Of a stretch of 60,717 bases of DNA, positions 37,318 through 47,635 are shown piece after piece. This stretch comes from an uncultured Thermoplasmata archaeon (lineage in GTDB: Archaea > Thermoplasmatota > Thermoplasmata > Halarchaeoplasmatales > Halarchaeoplasmataceae), in the NCBI GenBank assembly GCA_964585175.1, contig CAZPCW010000004.1:1-60717 (forward strand), given 5' to 3'. The notes below the pieces were generated by a model that ran no database searches, was not told the origin of the DNA, and saw only the letters and a program-made list of their open reading frames with translations. Position 1 is the stretch's first letter, and the number at the start of each line of letters is the position of its first letter. The position numbers and the translations under genes were made by a program.

Positions 37318-37687
37318 AATACACCCTCAACCATCCATCTGGATATAAGGCTAAATAGTTTTTCCCGGAGTTCTTCTTTCTATCATAGTTTATAGTTCAC
37401 AACAAGAGAGGAGGAAAGTCGCCGAGAGGAACGATTGTTCGGTCAAGGAGGTCTCCTTTCAAGGCTTTCAGTGACTTCTAGAAGATGGAAGGGAGGCAGT
37501 TGGAATGTGGGGGAGGGGGCAGGATTCCAGTGATGTGGAAAGCTGTTTAGAAGATGAGAGAGTGACGTGGTCCTTCTCCAGCTTATGAACATATCTGTGA
37601 ACAAACCAGGAAAGTCTATATGAACTACACTAATAATACCCCGTGAGCTTTAAATAATCGACTTATACTTCTTATCTCAGCGATAAT

Positions 37688-39595
37688 ATGTCGGGATATT
37701 GGAATAAATTACTCAAAATAGATCTTACTGAAGGTGAAGTCAAGGAAGAAGAATTGTCCGATGAATTTTTGAGAAAGTACATTGGAGGTGCGGGATTCAC
37801 AACTAAGATAATATTCGACGAGCTTAAACCGGATATAGAGCCGTTAGATCCGGAGAATGTTCTCGCAGTGGCCCCCGGAACTCTCGTTGGACCGAAAATA
37901 CCTACCGCTTCCAAGACTACTTTTGGATTTAAAGCTCCCCAGACAGGCGGATATGGGAAGACGGTAGTAGGAGCGAAGATGGGCGATCAGTTAAAGAAGG
38001 CTGGCTATGATGCGTTGGTCATCGAAGGCAAAGCCGAGAATCCATCGATGGTCGTGATCGAAGATGACGACGTCTCTATCGAAGAGGCGGATCATCTCTG
38101 GGGCTTAGACACTCGAGATACAGATAAGAAGATAAAAGAAGAATACGAGAATTTTTCTACAGCGGTCATAGGCCCCGCTGGAGAGAACTTGTCTAAGATA
38201 TCCGAAATAGAGTGCGAGGACCGTCAGGCCGGAAAAGGCGGCGGTGGAGCTGTCATGGGCTCAAAGAATTTGAAAGCGATAGCAGTGAAAGGTTCGAAAG
38301 ATTTACCGGTTCACGACCAAGAACGGCTCGACGAATTAAACAGTAAATGGCGTAAAATCACCACAGGTCAGGGAGAAACGGAGGACGAGAGTTTCGATCC
38401 TCAGGATCAGATGGACTACGGTACCGGAGAAGCTATGGCCGCTAAAAACAATGTTTTCGGCTGTTTCCCGACGAGGAATTGGCAGGCTGGTTACTTCAAA
38501 AGAGCCTATGATAACTTGGAAGATCCGGATGATAGGATAGAGCTGAATCCTAGGTATTGGACCGACGTTTATCGAGACGGAAGAAGACCCTGCCCGTACT
38601 GTACTAAACCGTGCAGTCAGTACTTCAAAGCGGAAGATACACCCTATGGTGATATAGCTGTTGACGGTCCCGAGTACGAGACACAATACTCTCTCGGAGG
38701 AGCTTGCGAGGTCGAAGATATCGAAGCAGTAGCTAAAGCGAACGAGATCTGTGATACCCTCGGACTCGACACCATCTCGGCAGGCTTGACTATTTCTTGG
38801 GCCATGGAAGCGAACGAGAAAGGATTGATAGATACCGATCTAGATCTTGAGTTCGGAAATGCAGAGGCGATGTTGGAAGCGCTGAGAAGAATGGCTAACA
38901 AGGAAGGAAAACTCGGAGAGCTCCTCGGCGACGGTGTTTATGAGGCTGCGATGGAAGTCGGTCAGGGCTCTGAAAAATTTGCTATCCACGTTAAAGGTAT
39001 GCCTCCCGCCGGTTTTGAAGTCAGAGGTGTGAAAGGTATGGCTCTCGCTTTTGCTGTCGCTCCTAGAGGCGCTGACCATTTAACCTCCTGCTTGTATGCT
39101 TTAGAGATGGCCGGGGAGTACTGGGATTTTGAAGACTACGACAGGACTGAGATGGAAGGAAAAGCTTTCGCTCTTAAGGCTATGGAAGACTTGATGACTC
39201 TCTACGACATGACCGGTCTCTGCAAGTTCTCTAGAGGACTCATGGTGGATAAAGGTCAATTAGAACTGGTTAAAGCCGTGACCGGTTTTGATATGGATCT
39301 TTCGGAGTTCCTAGATGCTGGAGAAAGAGTCTATAATCTGTCTAAAGCTTTCAACATCCGAAACGGATTCGGTAGAAAGGACGACAGGCTTCCGGATAGA
39401 GTTTTCGAGGACGAAGTCATCTATGGACCCACTGAAGGAGAAACATTGTCTAGAAGGGAGTTCGAAGAAGAACTCGATAGATATTACGATACCAGAGGTT
39501 GGGACGAAGACGGAGTTCCTATGAAGAATACACTGAGACGGTTGAATCTCGACGAGGCCGCTGAAGAACTAGGTTCTCTAAAAGAAAGAAATTAA
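37688..39595 (+). CDS. aor: Tungsten-type aldehyde:ferredoxin oxidoreductase
   Basis: N-terminal WNKLLKIDLTEGEV...YIGGAGF, a [4Fe-4S] cysteine cluster RRPCPYCTKPC, and EYETQYSLGGAC plus GLCKF motifs. 635 aa. Confidence 0.95.
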   Translation: MSGYWNKLLKIDLTEGEVKEEELSDEFLRKYIGGAGFTTKIIFDELKPDIEPLDPENVLAVAPGTLVGPKIPTASKTTFGFKAPQTGGYGKTVVGAKMGDQLKKAGYDALVIEGKAENPSMVVIEDDDVSIEEADHLWGLDTRDTDKKIKEEYENFSTAVIGPAGENLSKISEIECEDRQAGKGGGGAVMGSKNLKAIAVKGSKDLPVHDQERLDELNSKWRKITTGQGETEDESFDPQDQMDYGTGEAMAAKNNVFGCFPTRNWQAGYFKRAYDNLEDPDDRIELNPRYWTDVYRDGRRPCPYCTKPCSQYFKAEDTPYGDIAVDGPEYETQYSLGGACEVEDIEAVAKANEICDTLGLDTISAGLTISWAMEANEKGLIDTDLDLEFGNAEAMLEALRRMANKEGKLGELLGDGVYEAAMEVGQGSEKFAIHVKGMPPAGFEVRGVKGMALAFAVAPRGADHLTSCLYALEMAGEYWDFEDYDRTEMEGKAFALKAMEDLMTLYDMTGLCKFSRGLMVDKGQLELVKAVTGFDMDLSEFLDAGERVYNLSKAFNIRNGFGRKDDRLPDRVFEDEVIYGPTEGETLSRREFEEELDRYYDTRGWDEDGVPMKNTLRRLNLDEAAEELGSLKERN

Positions 39596-39619
39596 AATTT
39601 TTTCTCTCTTTTTTCTATA

Positions 39620-40204
39620 TTATCCACCAAGACCTAAAGTGTACATTATCAAAGCGGTGACTCCGCCGATACCTATCATCTTGAGCGCGTAGATCAAAAC
39701 GGATTCTTTAGCTATCTTACCCAAAAATGCACCTAAAAGAGCTAAAGTTGAAATCGAGATGCCCATGGAGAGGAAATAAGCGGTATTAACCATATCTATA
39801 AAACCAACATTTGCCAGAAAGTAGGGTAAAATCGACAAAAGAGCGAAAGAGAAAGGCGAAAGGCCGTTCAATAAAGAAATTACTAGAGACTCGCTCTGGA
39901 CGCTTTTTTCTTGCACAGATCCTTCCATATCGGACAGCATTGCCGATCTCAATTCTTTGAACTTACGAAGTCTCTGGGCTTTTTCCGTGATATAAGCTCC
40001 AGATATACCTGAGATCAGGAGTCCTACTGCGGTTCCTACGCCTGCGGATATCAAAACTGTAGCTGAACTTACTTGAGTGGAGAAGGAACCGACGGTTATA
40101 CCTAAAACGGTCAAAATTCCGTCGAATCCATTCAGCACTATATATCGCTGGGCTATGCTCTCTCCTCCGCCCTGGAATATCCTCTTTTTAAGCTTTTCCA
40201 ACAT
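39620..40204 (-). CDS. VIT1/CCC1-like (DUF125/TIGR00267-type) membrane protein
   Basis: VLNGFDGILTVLGITVG N-terminal pattern and five TM segments. It is paired with a DUF211 gene, a recurrent archaeal gene pair. Confidence 0.65.
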   Translation of the reverse strand: MLEKLKKRIFQGGGESIAQRYIVLNGFDGILTVLGITVGSFSTQVSSATVLISAGVGTAVGLLISGISGAYITEKAQRLRKFKELRSAMLSDMEGSVQEKSVQSESLVISLLNGLSPFSFALLSILPYFLANVGFIDMVNTAYFLSMGISISTLALLGAFLGKIAKESVLIYALKMIGIGGVTALIMYTLGLGG

Positions 40205-40225
40205 CTGACCACTCTTTTCAACTAT

Positions 40226-40513
40226 CTAGTCCTGCGGCGTCTTGCTCTCCTCGATTATCTTTTTGCCGCTGACCACTTCGTCGATGGAATGAACCGATCC
40301 ACCAAGTGAATCTATGGTTTCCTCGATATCATCATAGTCTAGGTCGGAACCGACTATAGTCGTTTTCACATTTTCAACTTTCTCGTCGACTTCGTATAAG
40401 GTAAAATTGACCGAAGATACCGATTCTAGATCGGCGATCTCATCGGCCATAGTCAAGATGTCCGGATCGTGCGGCTTCAAAACGTCGAGGACCAATCTTT
40501 TAGTTTTAGACAT
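40226..40513 (-). CDS. DUF211-family small protein
   Basis: KRLVLDVLKPHDPDILTMADEIADLESVSSVNFTLYEVDEKVENVKTTIVG matches the DUF211 (COG1888) pattern. Confidence 0.75.
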   Translation of the reverse strand: MSKTKRLVLDVLKPHDPDILTMADEIADLESVSSVNFTLYEVDEKVENVKTTIVGSDLDYDDIEETIDSLGGSVHSIDEVVSGKKIIEESKTPQD

Positions 40514-40519
40514 GTTGGT

Positions 40520-40538
40520 TTGGCAAATGTCTTGCCAA
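40520..40538. promoter_or_regulatory. Perfect dyad TTGGCAA-N5-TTGCCAA immediately upstream of the DUF211 start codon (candidate operator)
   Basis: Seen at 40520-40526 and 40532-40538, 7-25 nt from the ATG (40513). It probably overlaps the transcription start region. Confidence 0.35.
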
Positions 40539-40616
40539 GTTTTAATCTTTTTGTCAAACTTTTGATAATTTCGCTGTAAAATAATAGATTATACAGAAAA
40601 AGGAGAAAAGAGGTTT

Positions 40617-43298
40617 TTACCTATCCGAGGGCGATTCTTCCAAAAAGAACCTCTCCTCGATTATTCTCATGACGATCATACTCACGAAGAAAATCCCTGC
40701 ACCGAGCATGATCATACCCCAAGATTCGAGCTCTAGCGGTACGACTTTAAAGTAACTACTCAGCGGGGTGTAAAGGAGGCCCAGGTGCATACCTATAGAG
40801 AGGACAATCGCCAATATAAGCCACTTGTTGGAAAGCTGCGGCGTACCGTACCTGTTCCTGATCGGAATAACCTCGATGAGCTCAAATATCACTAAAGAGG
40901 TGAATGCCAGCGTCCTAGCCAGCTCGGTACTTTCCGCAAGGCCGTAATTGTAAAGGTACAGGACTATCCCGGTAACCCAGATTCCGATCCATCCTATAGA
41001 AAACGCCAGGGTTTTATCTATTATACCCTCGTCTTTTCCTCTAGGCTTTCTTTTCATTATGTCCTCAGATCCCGGGTCCGCACCCATAGCTAAAGCCGGC
41101 AATCCGTCCGTCACTAGATTGACCCATAAAAGCATGACCGCCGTAAGAGGTAAGCCTAGACCTACTAGCGACGCGATTAGAACGACTAGTACTTCTCCCA
41201 TGTTGCCTGAAAGGAGTAAATTGACGAATTTTCTAATATTGTCGAATATACCTCTTCCTTCTTCTATCGCGTCTTTTATCGTTTTGAAATTGTCGTCAAG
41301 AAGTACGATGTCGGAAGCCTGCTGAGATACGTCGGTGCCTCTCACCCCCATCGCCGTTCCTACATCGGATTCCTTCAGAGCGGGAGCGTCGTTCACGCCG
41401 TCTCCGGTCATTGTCACTATATGTTCCTGCGATTTGAGTGCTCTCAATATCTGAACTTTATGAGAAGGTGAAACCCTAGCGAAGATATCGACTTCCTCGA
41501 CTTTTCTCTTGAGTTCTTCCTGTGACATCGAATCTAGTTCTTTACCCGTCACGACCTTCCCACGGAAACCTAACTGTTTTCCTATAGCGCTAGCAGTTGT
41601 GGCGTTATCTCCGGTGATCATAACGGTTCTGATACCCGCGTCTCTGCAGGACTCGATCGCCTCTTTTACTTCCTCCCTTGGAGGATCGATCATCCCTTGA
41701 AGCCCTAAGAACACAAGATCGTTCTCGATCTCTTCCGCTTCGACTCCTTCGATCTCTTCCTTTTTCTTTTCTTCAGTTTCACCCTCTAAGCTGATATCTT
41801 TATAGGCCATCGCCAGCACTCTCAGTGCTTCTTCGGCGAAGTCGTGGTTTTTCTGGATGAACTCGTTTTTCTTCTCCTCTGTTAATTCTTTGATCTCACC
41901 GTTCTCGTAATATCTGCTGCATCTCTCGAGTACAACTTCGGGTGCACCTTTAACGAAGGCCTTGTCATCGTGATCTCTTTGTGCGTGAATGGTGGTCATC
42001 ATCTTTCTTTCAGAGGAGAAAGGGATCTCGTCTATCCTTTTGAATTCTTTTTGCAGTTTCTGTTTTTTGAAACCCGCTTTTTCAGCCGACTGTATAAGCG
42101 CAGCCTCCGTAGGATCTCCGATTATCTCTCCGTCGGTTATCTCGGAGTCGTTGCAAAGAGCACCGGCTTGAAGTACCCTTTTAAGCTCTGAGGGATCGAC
42201 TTTTTCACCTTCTAACTCAAAAGAGCCCTCGTCCGAAAATCCTCCCGTTACATTGATCTCTTTACCTCCCGTAAATATCTTTTTTACGACCATCTTGCTT
42301 TCAGTGAGAGTTCCGGTCTTGTCCGTGCAGATAACGTCCACTGAACCTAAAGATTCTATAACGGGTAATCTTCTCACCAAAGCCTTCTTGTTGAGCATTT
42401 TACGGGTGCCTAGAGCCAGAGTCAGCGTTACAACGGCGGGAAGTCCTTCCGGAACTGCCGCAACTGCAAGGGCGATAGCGGTAATAAATGCATTCAAAAT
42501 ACTTTGATCTCTAAATACGAGGATCGGTACTAGAACGGCACATATCCCGAGTATCATTATGCCTAATTTTTTACCCAAGTCGTTGACCTCTCTTTGGAAC
42601 ACTGTCTCTTCTTCCTCTACCTCTTGAAGTTCGGTAGCGATCTTGCCTATCTCTGTTTCCATCCCGGTGCCCACGACCACCGCTTTTCCTTTACCTTTGA
42701 CGACGTTGGTCTGCTTGTAAACCATGTTCTCTCTTTCGGCTAATTCGATATCTTCTTCCAAAGTATGGCTTTTTTTGTTAACGGCCACACTTTCTCCAGT
42801 TAGAGCGGATTCGTCCACTTCGAGATTCTGTTGGTCTATGAGTCTCGCGTCCGCGGGAACGGAAGCGCCTTGACTAAGATGGATCACGTCTCCGGGAACG
42901 ACGTTTTCGGAGCCTATCTTTTGTTTCTGCCCGTCCCTCTCGACGAGAGCGTCCGGCGTTGCCATCTCTTTAAGCGACTCTATAGATTTTTCGGCTTTGT
43001 AGTCCTGAAAGAAACCGAAAACTCCGTTGGCAACCACGATCGTCATTATCAGGTAGGTGTCTATGGCGTGACCTACGGCGAAAGAAATAATAGCAGCGGC
43101 CAACAAGATCCATATGAGAAAATCTTTGAACTGATCTAGAAATATCTGGATTGGAGAGATCTCTTCCTCTTTTTCGATCTCGTTTTTGCCGTATTTCTTT
43201 AACCGCTTTTCGGCCTTTTGATTATTCAGACCTTTTTCTGAAGTTCCCAACCTCTGGTATATGTTTTCCAGAGATTGAGTGTGCCAATCCTCTTTCAT
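40617..43298 (-). CDS. P-type cation-transporting ATPase (P2-type, Ca2+-ATPase-like)
   Basis: DKTGTLT phosphorylation site, TGES, MITGDN and [13 protein letters not shown] motifs. Ten predicted TM segments, 893 aa. Confidence 0.95.
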   Translation of the reverse strand: MKEDWHTQSLENIYQRLGTSEKGLNNQKAEKRLKKYGKNEIEKEEEISPIQIFLDQFKDFLIWILLAAAIISFAVGHAIDTYLIMTIVVANGVFGFFQDYKAEKSIESLKEMATPDALVERDGQKQKIGSENVVPGDVIHLSQGASVPADARLIDQQNLEVDESALTGESVAVNKKSHTLEEDIELAERENMVYKQTNVVKGKGKAVVVGTGMETEIGKIATELQEVEEEETVFQREVNDLGKKLGIMILGICAVLVPILVFRDQSILNAFITAIALAVAAVPEGLPAVVTLTLALGTRKMLNKKALVRRLPVIESLGSVDVICTDKTGTLTESKMVVKKIFTGGKEINVTGGFSDEGSFELEGEKVDPSELKRVLQAGALCNDSEITDGEIIGDPTEAALIQSAEKAGFKKQKLQKEFKRIDEIPFSSERKMMTTIHAQRDHDDKAFVKGAPEVVLERCSRYYENGEIKELTEEKKNEFIQKNHDFAEEALRVLAMAYKDISLEGETEEKKKEEIEGVEAEEIENDLVFLGLQGMIDPPREEVKEAIESCRDAGIRTVMITGDNATTASAIGKQLGFRGKVVTGKELDSMSQEELKRKVEEVDIFARVSPSHKVQILRALKSQEHIVTMTGDGVNDAPALKESDVGTAMGVRGTDVSQQASDIVLLDDNFKTIKDAIEEGRGIFDNIRKFVNLLLSGNMGEVLVVLIASLVGLGLPLTAVMLLWVNLVTDGLPALAMGADPGSEDIMKRKPRGKDEGIIDKTLAFSIGWIGIWVTGIVLYLYNYGLAESTELARTLAFTSLVIFELIEVIPIRNRYGTPQLSNKWLILAIVLSIGMHLGLLYTPLSSYFKVVPLELESWGMIMLGAGIFFVSMIVMRIIEERFFLEESPSDR

Positions 43299-43381
43299 GG
43301 TTATTGTTGAGGTTCATATAACTGGTTTATTAAAAATCTTTACCAGAATTATGTTTTTATTTGTACAGGAGTCCAATTTTA

Positions 43382-44716
43382 CTACAGATCCCCTAGGTAC
43401 TTATCTATCTCCCATCGAGTTACTTGTTTACGGTATTGCTCCCATTCTTTTCTCTTGTTGTAGAGGAAATGTTCGAACACGTGTTCCCCCAAGATCTTCT
43501 TCATGAATTCGCTTTCTTCCATCAGAGACAGCGCGTGTCCAAGATTTGCAGGTAATGGTTCTATACCCATCTCTTTTCTTTCCTCGTCGGAAAGAGAGAA
43601 TATATCTTCCTTCACGGGCTCTGGCGGATCTATCTCCTTTTCGATGCCCTCTAAACCCGCTCCGAGTAAAACCGCGAACTGAAGGTACGGATTTCCTGCC
43701 GGATCTGGATTTCTTATCTCTATTCTAGTGCCCATCCCTCTACCCTCTGGAACTCTAGCGAGAACACTTCTATTGAGATGAGCCCATGAAACATATACGG
43801 GAGCTTCGTACCCGGGTATCAACCTTTTGTAAGAGTTGATCCAAGAGTTCTGTATGGCACACATATCTTTCGCATATTTCAACAGACCTCCGATATAATG
43901 TCGAGCTGTATCGCTCAGACCTTCAGGGTCGTCGCTGTCGTAAAAGTAATTTTTATTTTCTCCTAGAAGACTCTGATGTATGTGCATGCCGGTTCCGTTG
44001 ACATCCTCTATCGGCTTCGGCATGAATGTAGCGTGAAGATCGTTCAACTTGGCTACGGTCTTTATAGCGTGTTTCAGCGTCATTATCTGATCGGCTATGT
44101 TCAAAGCCTCGCCGTATCTTAGATCTATCTCGTGCTGACCACTTGCAACTTCATGATGAGATGCTTCAACGGGAAAACCCATATCTTTGAAGTAAAGGTT
44201 ACATTCTTTTCTTACTTTATCCGCTCTATCTAGAGGCATGAGATCGAAGTAACCTCCCTCGTCATCTGGATCGAGCGTGGGTTTTCCTTCTTCGTCTGTT
44301 TTGAAAAGAAAGAACTCGTATTCCGGGCCTACGTTGAATTCGAATCCTTTTTCTCTTGCCCTTTCCATCTGTCTTTGCAGTATGTATCTGGGGTCGCCCG
44401 CGAATCTCTCTCCTTCAGAAGTATAGATATCGCAGATCAAACGTCCCGTTTTGATCTCGCTCTCTATCCATGGAAATACCAAAAAAGTATCAAGGTCGGG
44501 ATATCCTCTCAGATCCGATTCTTCTATAGTGGCGTAACCCATGATGGAAGAACCGTCGAATAGAACGCCTTCCTCGATCGCCCTCTCCAGGTGAGATGCG
44601 GGTATAGAAACTGATTTTACTCCACCGAGAATATCCATGAACTGCATCTCAACGAACTTAATATCCTCTTCCTTCACATATTTTAAGAGCTCGTTTTTTT
44701 CCATAAGGTCACCCAA
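43382..44716 (-). CDS. glnA: Glutamine synthetase type I
   Basis: FVEMQFMDILGG, DGSSI, GFEFNVGPEYEFFLF, HHEVASGQHEID and NGTGMHIHQSL motifs. Confidence 0.95.
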   Translation of the reverse strand: MGDLMEKNELLKYVKEEDIKFVEMQFMDILGGVKSVSIPASHLERAIEEGVLFDGSSIMGYATIEESDLRGYPDLDTFLVFPWIESEIKTGRLICDIYTSEGERFAGDPRYILQRQMERAREKGFEFNVGPEYEFFLFKTDEEGKPTLDPDDEGGYFDLMPLDRADKVRKECNLYFKDMGFPVEASHHEVASGQHEIDLRYGEALNIADQIMTLKHAIKTVAKLNDLHATFMPKPIEDVNGTGMHIHQSLLGENKNYFYDSDDPEGLSDTARHYIGGLLKYAKDMCAIQNSWINSYKRLIPGYEAPVYVSWAHLNRSVLARVPEGRGMGTRIEIRNPDPAGNPYLQFAVLLGAGLEGIEKEIDPPEPVKEDIFSLSDEERKEMGIEPLPANLGHALSLMEESEFMKKILGEHVFEHFLYNKRKEWEQYRKQVTRWEIDKYLGDL

Positions 44717-44873
44717 ACCTAGGATTCTCGTCTAAATAGGTGTAAAGCTCTATTTAAAGAAAGTGGTCTGCCTTCTTGGAGTTTTAATCCTACTAATAAG
44801 GTATAAGAGTCGAAATCACTTAGTAAAGCTCGAACAGAAGAAAGGAAAGGATTTAAAGAATTGAGTTTGTAAG

Positions 44874-45572
44874 TCAGTCTTTAGACAGTGAATATTCAAC
44901 TGCGGCTTCGGCGTGAATCGTGGTGGTGTCGAATAGTTTGATTCCTGCCTCTTCTTCATCGAGGTAGAGGGGAAGTTCGGTACAGCCTAGAATTATCCCT
45001 TCGGCTTCTCTTTCAACGAGTTCGTCTATCATCTCGTACAGGGAGTCCTTAGAGTTCTTTTTCACTTTTCCCTTGCAGAGTTCATTGTAGATTATATCGT
45101 GTACTTTTTCCCGGTTCTCTTCTTCCGGTATTATCACGTCTATTCCGTGTTTTTCTTTCATTCGTTTTCTGTAGAAGTCTCCTTCCATAACGAATTTAGT
45201 TCCGATTAGTCCCACCTTGTGCATGCCTTTTTGTTTTACCCTTTCGGCGGTGGCGTCTCCTATATGGAGTATATTGGTCCCGACTCTTTCCTCGACATCG
45301 TCGGCCAGCTTGTTCATCGTATTCGCACAGATGATCTGAAAGTCGGCTCCCGCATTTTTTAAACCTTTACCAGCTTTGACCATCATATCTTCCAATTTTT
45401 CCCATTCACCTTCATTCTGAAGCTGTATTATATCGGCGAAATCAAAAGAGTAGATCAATACCTCTGCGGAATGTTCTCCTCCCAGCTCGTCCTTTGTTCT
45501 CTCATTTATTATGCGATAGTATTCCAGGGTAGACTCCCAGCTCATCCCTCCTATCAACCCTATCTTTTTCAT
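44874..45572 (-). CDS. Aspartate/glutamate racemase family protein (aspartate racemase-like)
   Basis: IGLIGGMSWESTLEYY, with catalytic cysteine regions ICANTMN and LGCTELP. Confidence 0.85.
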   Translation of the reverse strand: MKKIGLIGGMSWESTLEYYRIINERTKDELGGEHSAEVLIYSFDFADIIQLQNEGEWEKLEDMMVKAGKGLKNAGADFQIICANTMNKLADDVEERVGTNILHIGDATAERVKQKGMHKVGLIGTKFVMEGDFYRKRMKEKHGIDVIIPEEENREKVHDIIYNELCKGKVKKNSKDSLYEMIDELVEREAEGIILGCTELPLYLDEEEAGIKLFDTTTIHAEAAVEYSLSKD

Positions 45573-45661
45573 GATAATCAGAGATTATATCCCTGATCAG
45601 TTTTATAGTATTTTCCACTACCAAAAAGTTAAATTTGAGCTGCCAATGCGAGTACTGGGAT

Positions 45662-46183
45662 ATGATGGAAATGGACGATATTTTGGATGCGAAGACGGTC
45701 GCTTTCAGTGCCGATTTTGCAGCTGCAGTTGCCATAGCGACTATCGCTCTGTCCTTTCCAATTGGAGGAGGACTAGGTTATCTGAATTTTGGAGAGATAG
45801 TCATCTATACTGCGGCGTTTTTGTTCGGAAGCATCGTCGGTGGACTAGCTGGAGGAGTCGGCGCTGCCGCAGCAGACATCCTTTTAGGCTGGGCTCTATG
45901 GGCTCCGATAACTCTTGTAGGTAAGGGTATAGAAGGATTTGTCGTAGGAAAAGTAAGCGGCAACAGCGTAAAAAGTAAATTACTCGCCGTCGCTTTAGGC
46001 GCTCCCTTCATGATAGGAGCCTATTTCCTGAGTGCCATATATCTTTCGGGATGGCCTTATGCGCTTTTCTCTGAATTACCTACTGATATCATCCAAGCGG
46101 TGGTTGGAGCGGCCATAGCGATCCCCATCTCTCATCTACTGCAGACATATGTTCCTCAGTTAAAAAATGATAAGGATAGATAA
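45662..46183 (+). CDS. ECF transporter substrate-specific (S) component, substrate unknown. The ATG at 45662 is preferred over the TTG at 45635.
   Basis: A six-TM Gly/Ala-rich protein (GEIVIYTAAFLFGSIVGGLAGGVGAAAADILLGW...LVGKGIEGFVVG). It is followed by ecfA-ecfA'-ecfT. Confidence 0.7.
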   Translation: MMEMDDILDAKTVAFSADFAAAVAIATIALSFPIGGGLGYLNFGEIVIYTAAFLFGSIVGGLAGGVGAAAADILLGWALWAPITLVGKGIEGFVVGKVSGNSVKSKLLAVALGAPFMIGAYFLSAIYLSGWPYALFSELPTDIIQAVVGAAIAIPISHLLQTYVPQLKNDKDR

Positions 46184-46883
46184 TCTATCGATAAAAGATT
46201 ATGAAGGGAAGCTCCTTCTCAAAGGGATTGATTTAAGTATAAATAAAGGCGAGACTACGCTCATCTGTGGAGAACCCGGTTCCGGAAAGACCCTGCTTTT
46301 AAAAGCGATCAAGGGAGTGATCGGCGACGGTTTAGATTCAGAAGGCAGTATAAAAAAGAGGGGTAAGATCGGAATGGTTTTTCAGGAACCGGAGAAACAG
46401 ATAGTTAGAAAGAAGGTGAAATTGGACGTTGCTTTTGAATTGGAGAATGCGGCTCTATCCGTTCAAGAAATAGAAGAAAGGATAGAAAAATATTCTAAAA
46501 CTCTAAAAGCTGAGCATCTTCTAGACAGAAGAATAGATGAACTTTCCCACGGTGAATTAACAAAGGTGGCTCTCCTGTCAACTTTGGTAATAGAACCGAG
46601 TGTAGTACTTTTAGACGAACCACTTTCCCCTTTAGACCATCGTAATCAAAAGATAGTTCTCGAAAGCATTCGAAAATTGAAGGAAAAGGGAATAACTATA
46701 GTTATCGCAGAACACGATATTAGAGATCTCTATGAAGAATGTGATAGGACCGTTTTATTAAAGGAAGGAGAAATGAAAAAACATGGCCAACCTGAGGAGA
46801 TGTATGAAGAGCTCATAAAGAACGGGATTAAGCTTCCATTTGAACTGGAGTTGAGAGCTCATTCCAAGGAGGACGGCTCATGA
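46167..46883 (+). CDS. ecfA: ECF transporter ATPase component A
   Basis: Walker A GEPGSGKT, signature-like LSHGE, and Walker B VLLDEP. Confidence 0.85.
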   Translation: MIRIDNLSIKDYEGKLLLKGIDLSINKGETTLICGEPGSGKTLLLKAIKGVIGDGLDSEGSIKKRGKIGMVFQEPEKQIVRKKVKLDVAFELENAALSVQEIEERIEKYSKTLKAEHLLDRRIDELSHGELTKVALLSTLVIEPSVVLLDEPLSPLDHRNQKIVLESIRKLKEKGITIVIAEHDIRDLYEECDRTVLLKEGEMKKHGQPEEMYEELIKNGIKLPFELELRAHSKEDGS

Positions 46884-47635
46884 GGACGAGAGATCTTTAT
46901 TTCAAGTACCCCAAATCTGATAGGCACGCGGTTAGAGCCCTAAATCTAGATATCAAAGACGGAAAGATAACCGCCCTCATGGGAGAGAACGGCTCCGGTA
47001 AAACGACCCTGCTCAGATTGTTCGCTGGACTTCTAGAACCGACTAGAGGTAGGATAGAATTGGACGGAAAAGAGATAGGTTTTTCACCTGAAGATCCGGA
47101 ACTGGGATTCTTCGCCCGAACCGTTGAGAAGGAAGTTGAATTTTATCCCAAAAATAGAGGTCTGGACCATGAAAAGATGGCTGAAAAAAGTTTAAAAAAG
47201 CTTCGCATTTCACATCTGAAAGATAAACTCCCTTTTATACTTTCCTCGGGCCAGCAGCGATTGGTCTCGATAGCGTCCGTAGTTGCTGGAGATCCCGATG
47301 TTGTTCTCTTAGATGAACCCACGCACAGTCTTCACAGAAAGGGAGAGAATAAGATAGGTAATGTTTTAAAAGAGGTAAACAGAACCATCGTCTTCTCAAC
47401 TCACTCCTCGGAATTCACTTTGAATTATGCCGACGAGTTAGTGATGATGCATGAGGGGAGGGTCCTATCGAAGGGGAAACCGGAACAGTTACTGGGAAAT
47501 GAAGAACTTCTACAAGAAGCGGGGATCAGGATGCCCGGAATTATAAGATGGGCGAAAGAGAGAAACTTACAAAATATACCAAGGGATCTAGACCAGGCAC
47601 TTGAAATAGCTCGGGACAGGGGTGAATTGGAATGA
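46880..47635 (+). CDS. ecfA: ECF transporter ATPase component A'
   Basis: Walker A GENGSGKTT, signature LSSGQQ, and Walker B VLLDEP. ATGA overlaps occur on both sides. Confidence 0.85.
   Translation: MRTRDLYFKYPKSDRHAVRALNLDIKDGKITALMGENGSGKTTLLRLFAGLLEPTRGRIELDGKEIGFSPEDPELGFFARTVEKEVEFYPKNRGLDHEKMAEKSLKKLRISHLKDKLPFILSSGQQRLVSIASVVAGDPDVVLLDEPTHSLHRKGENKIGNVLKEVNRTIVFSTHSSEFTLNYADELVMMHEGRVLSKGKPEQLLGNEELLQEAGIRMPGIIRWAKERNLQNIPRDLDQALEIARDRGELE

Noticed and set aside
37411-37420. GAGGAAAGTC resembles the RNase P RNA CR-I motif (GAGGAAAGUCC).
   Set aside because: The following bases differ from the consensus. I found no complementary P4 partner (GGCGACTT-like) or other conserved RNase P regions nearby. 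The second AGGAAAGTC copy suggests a simple direct repeat.
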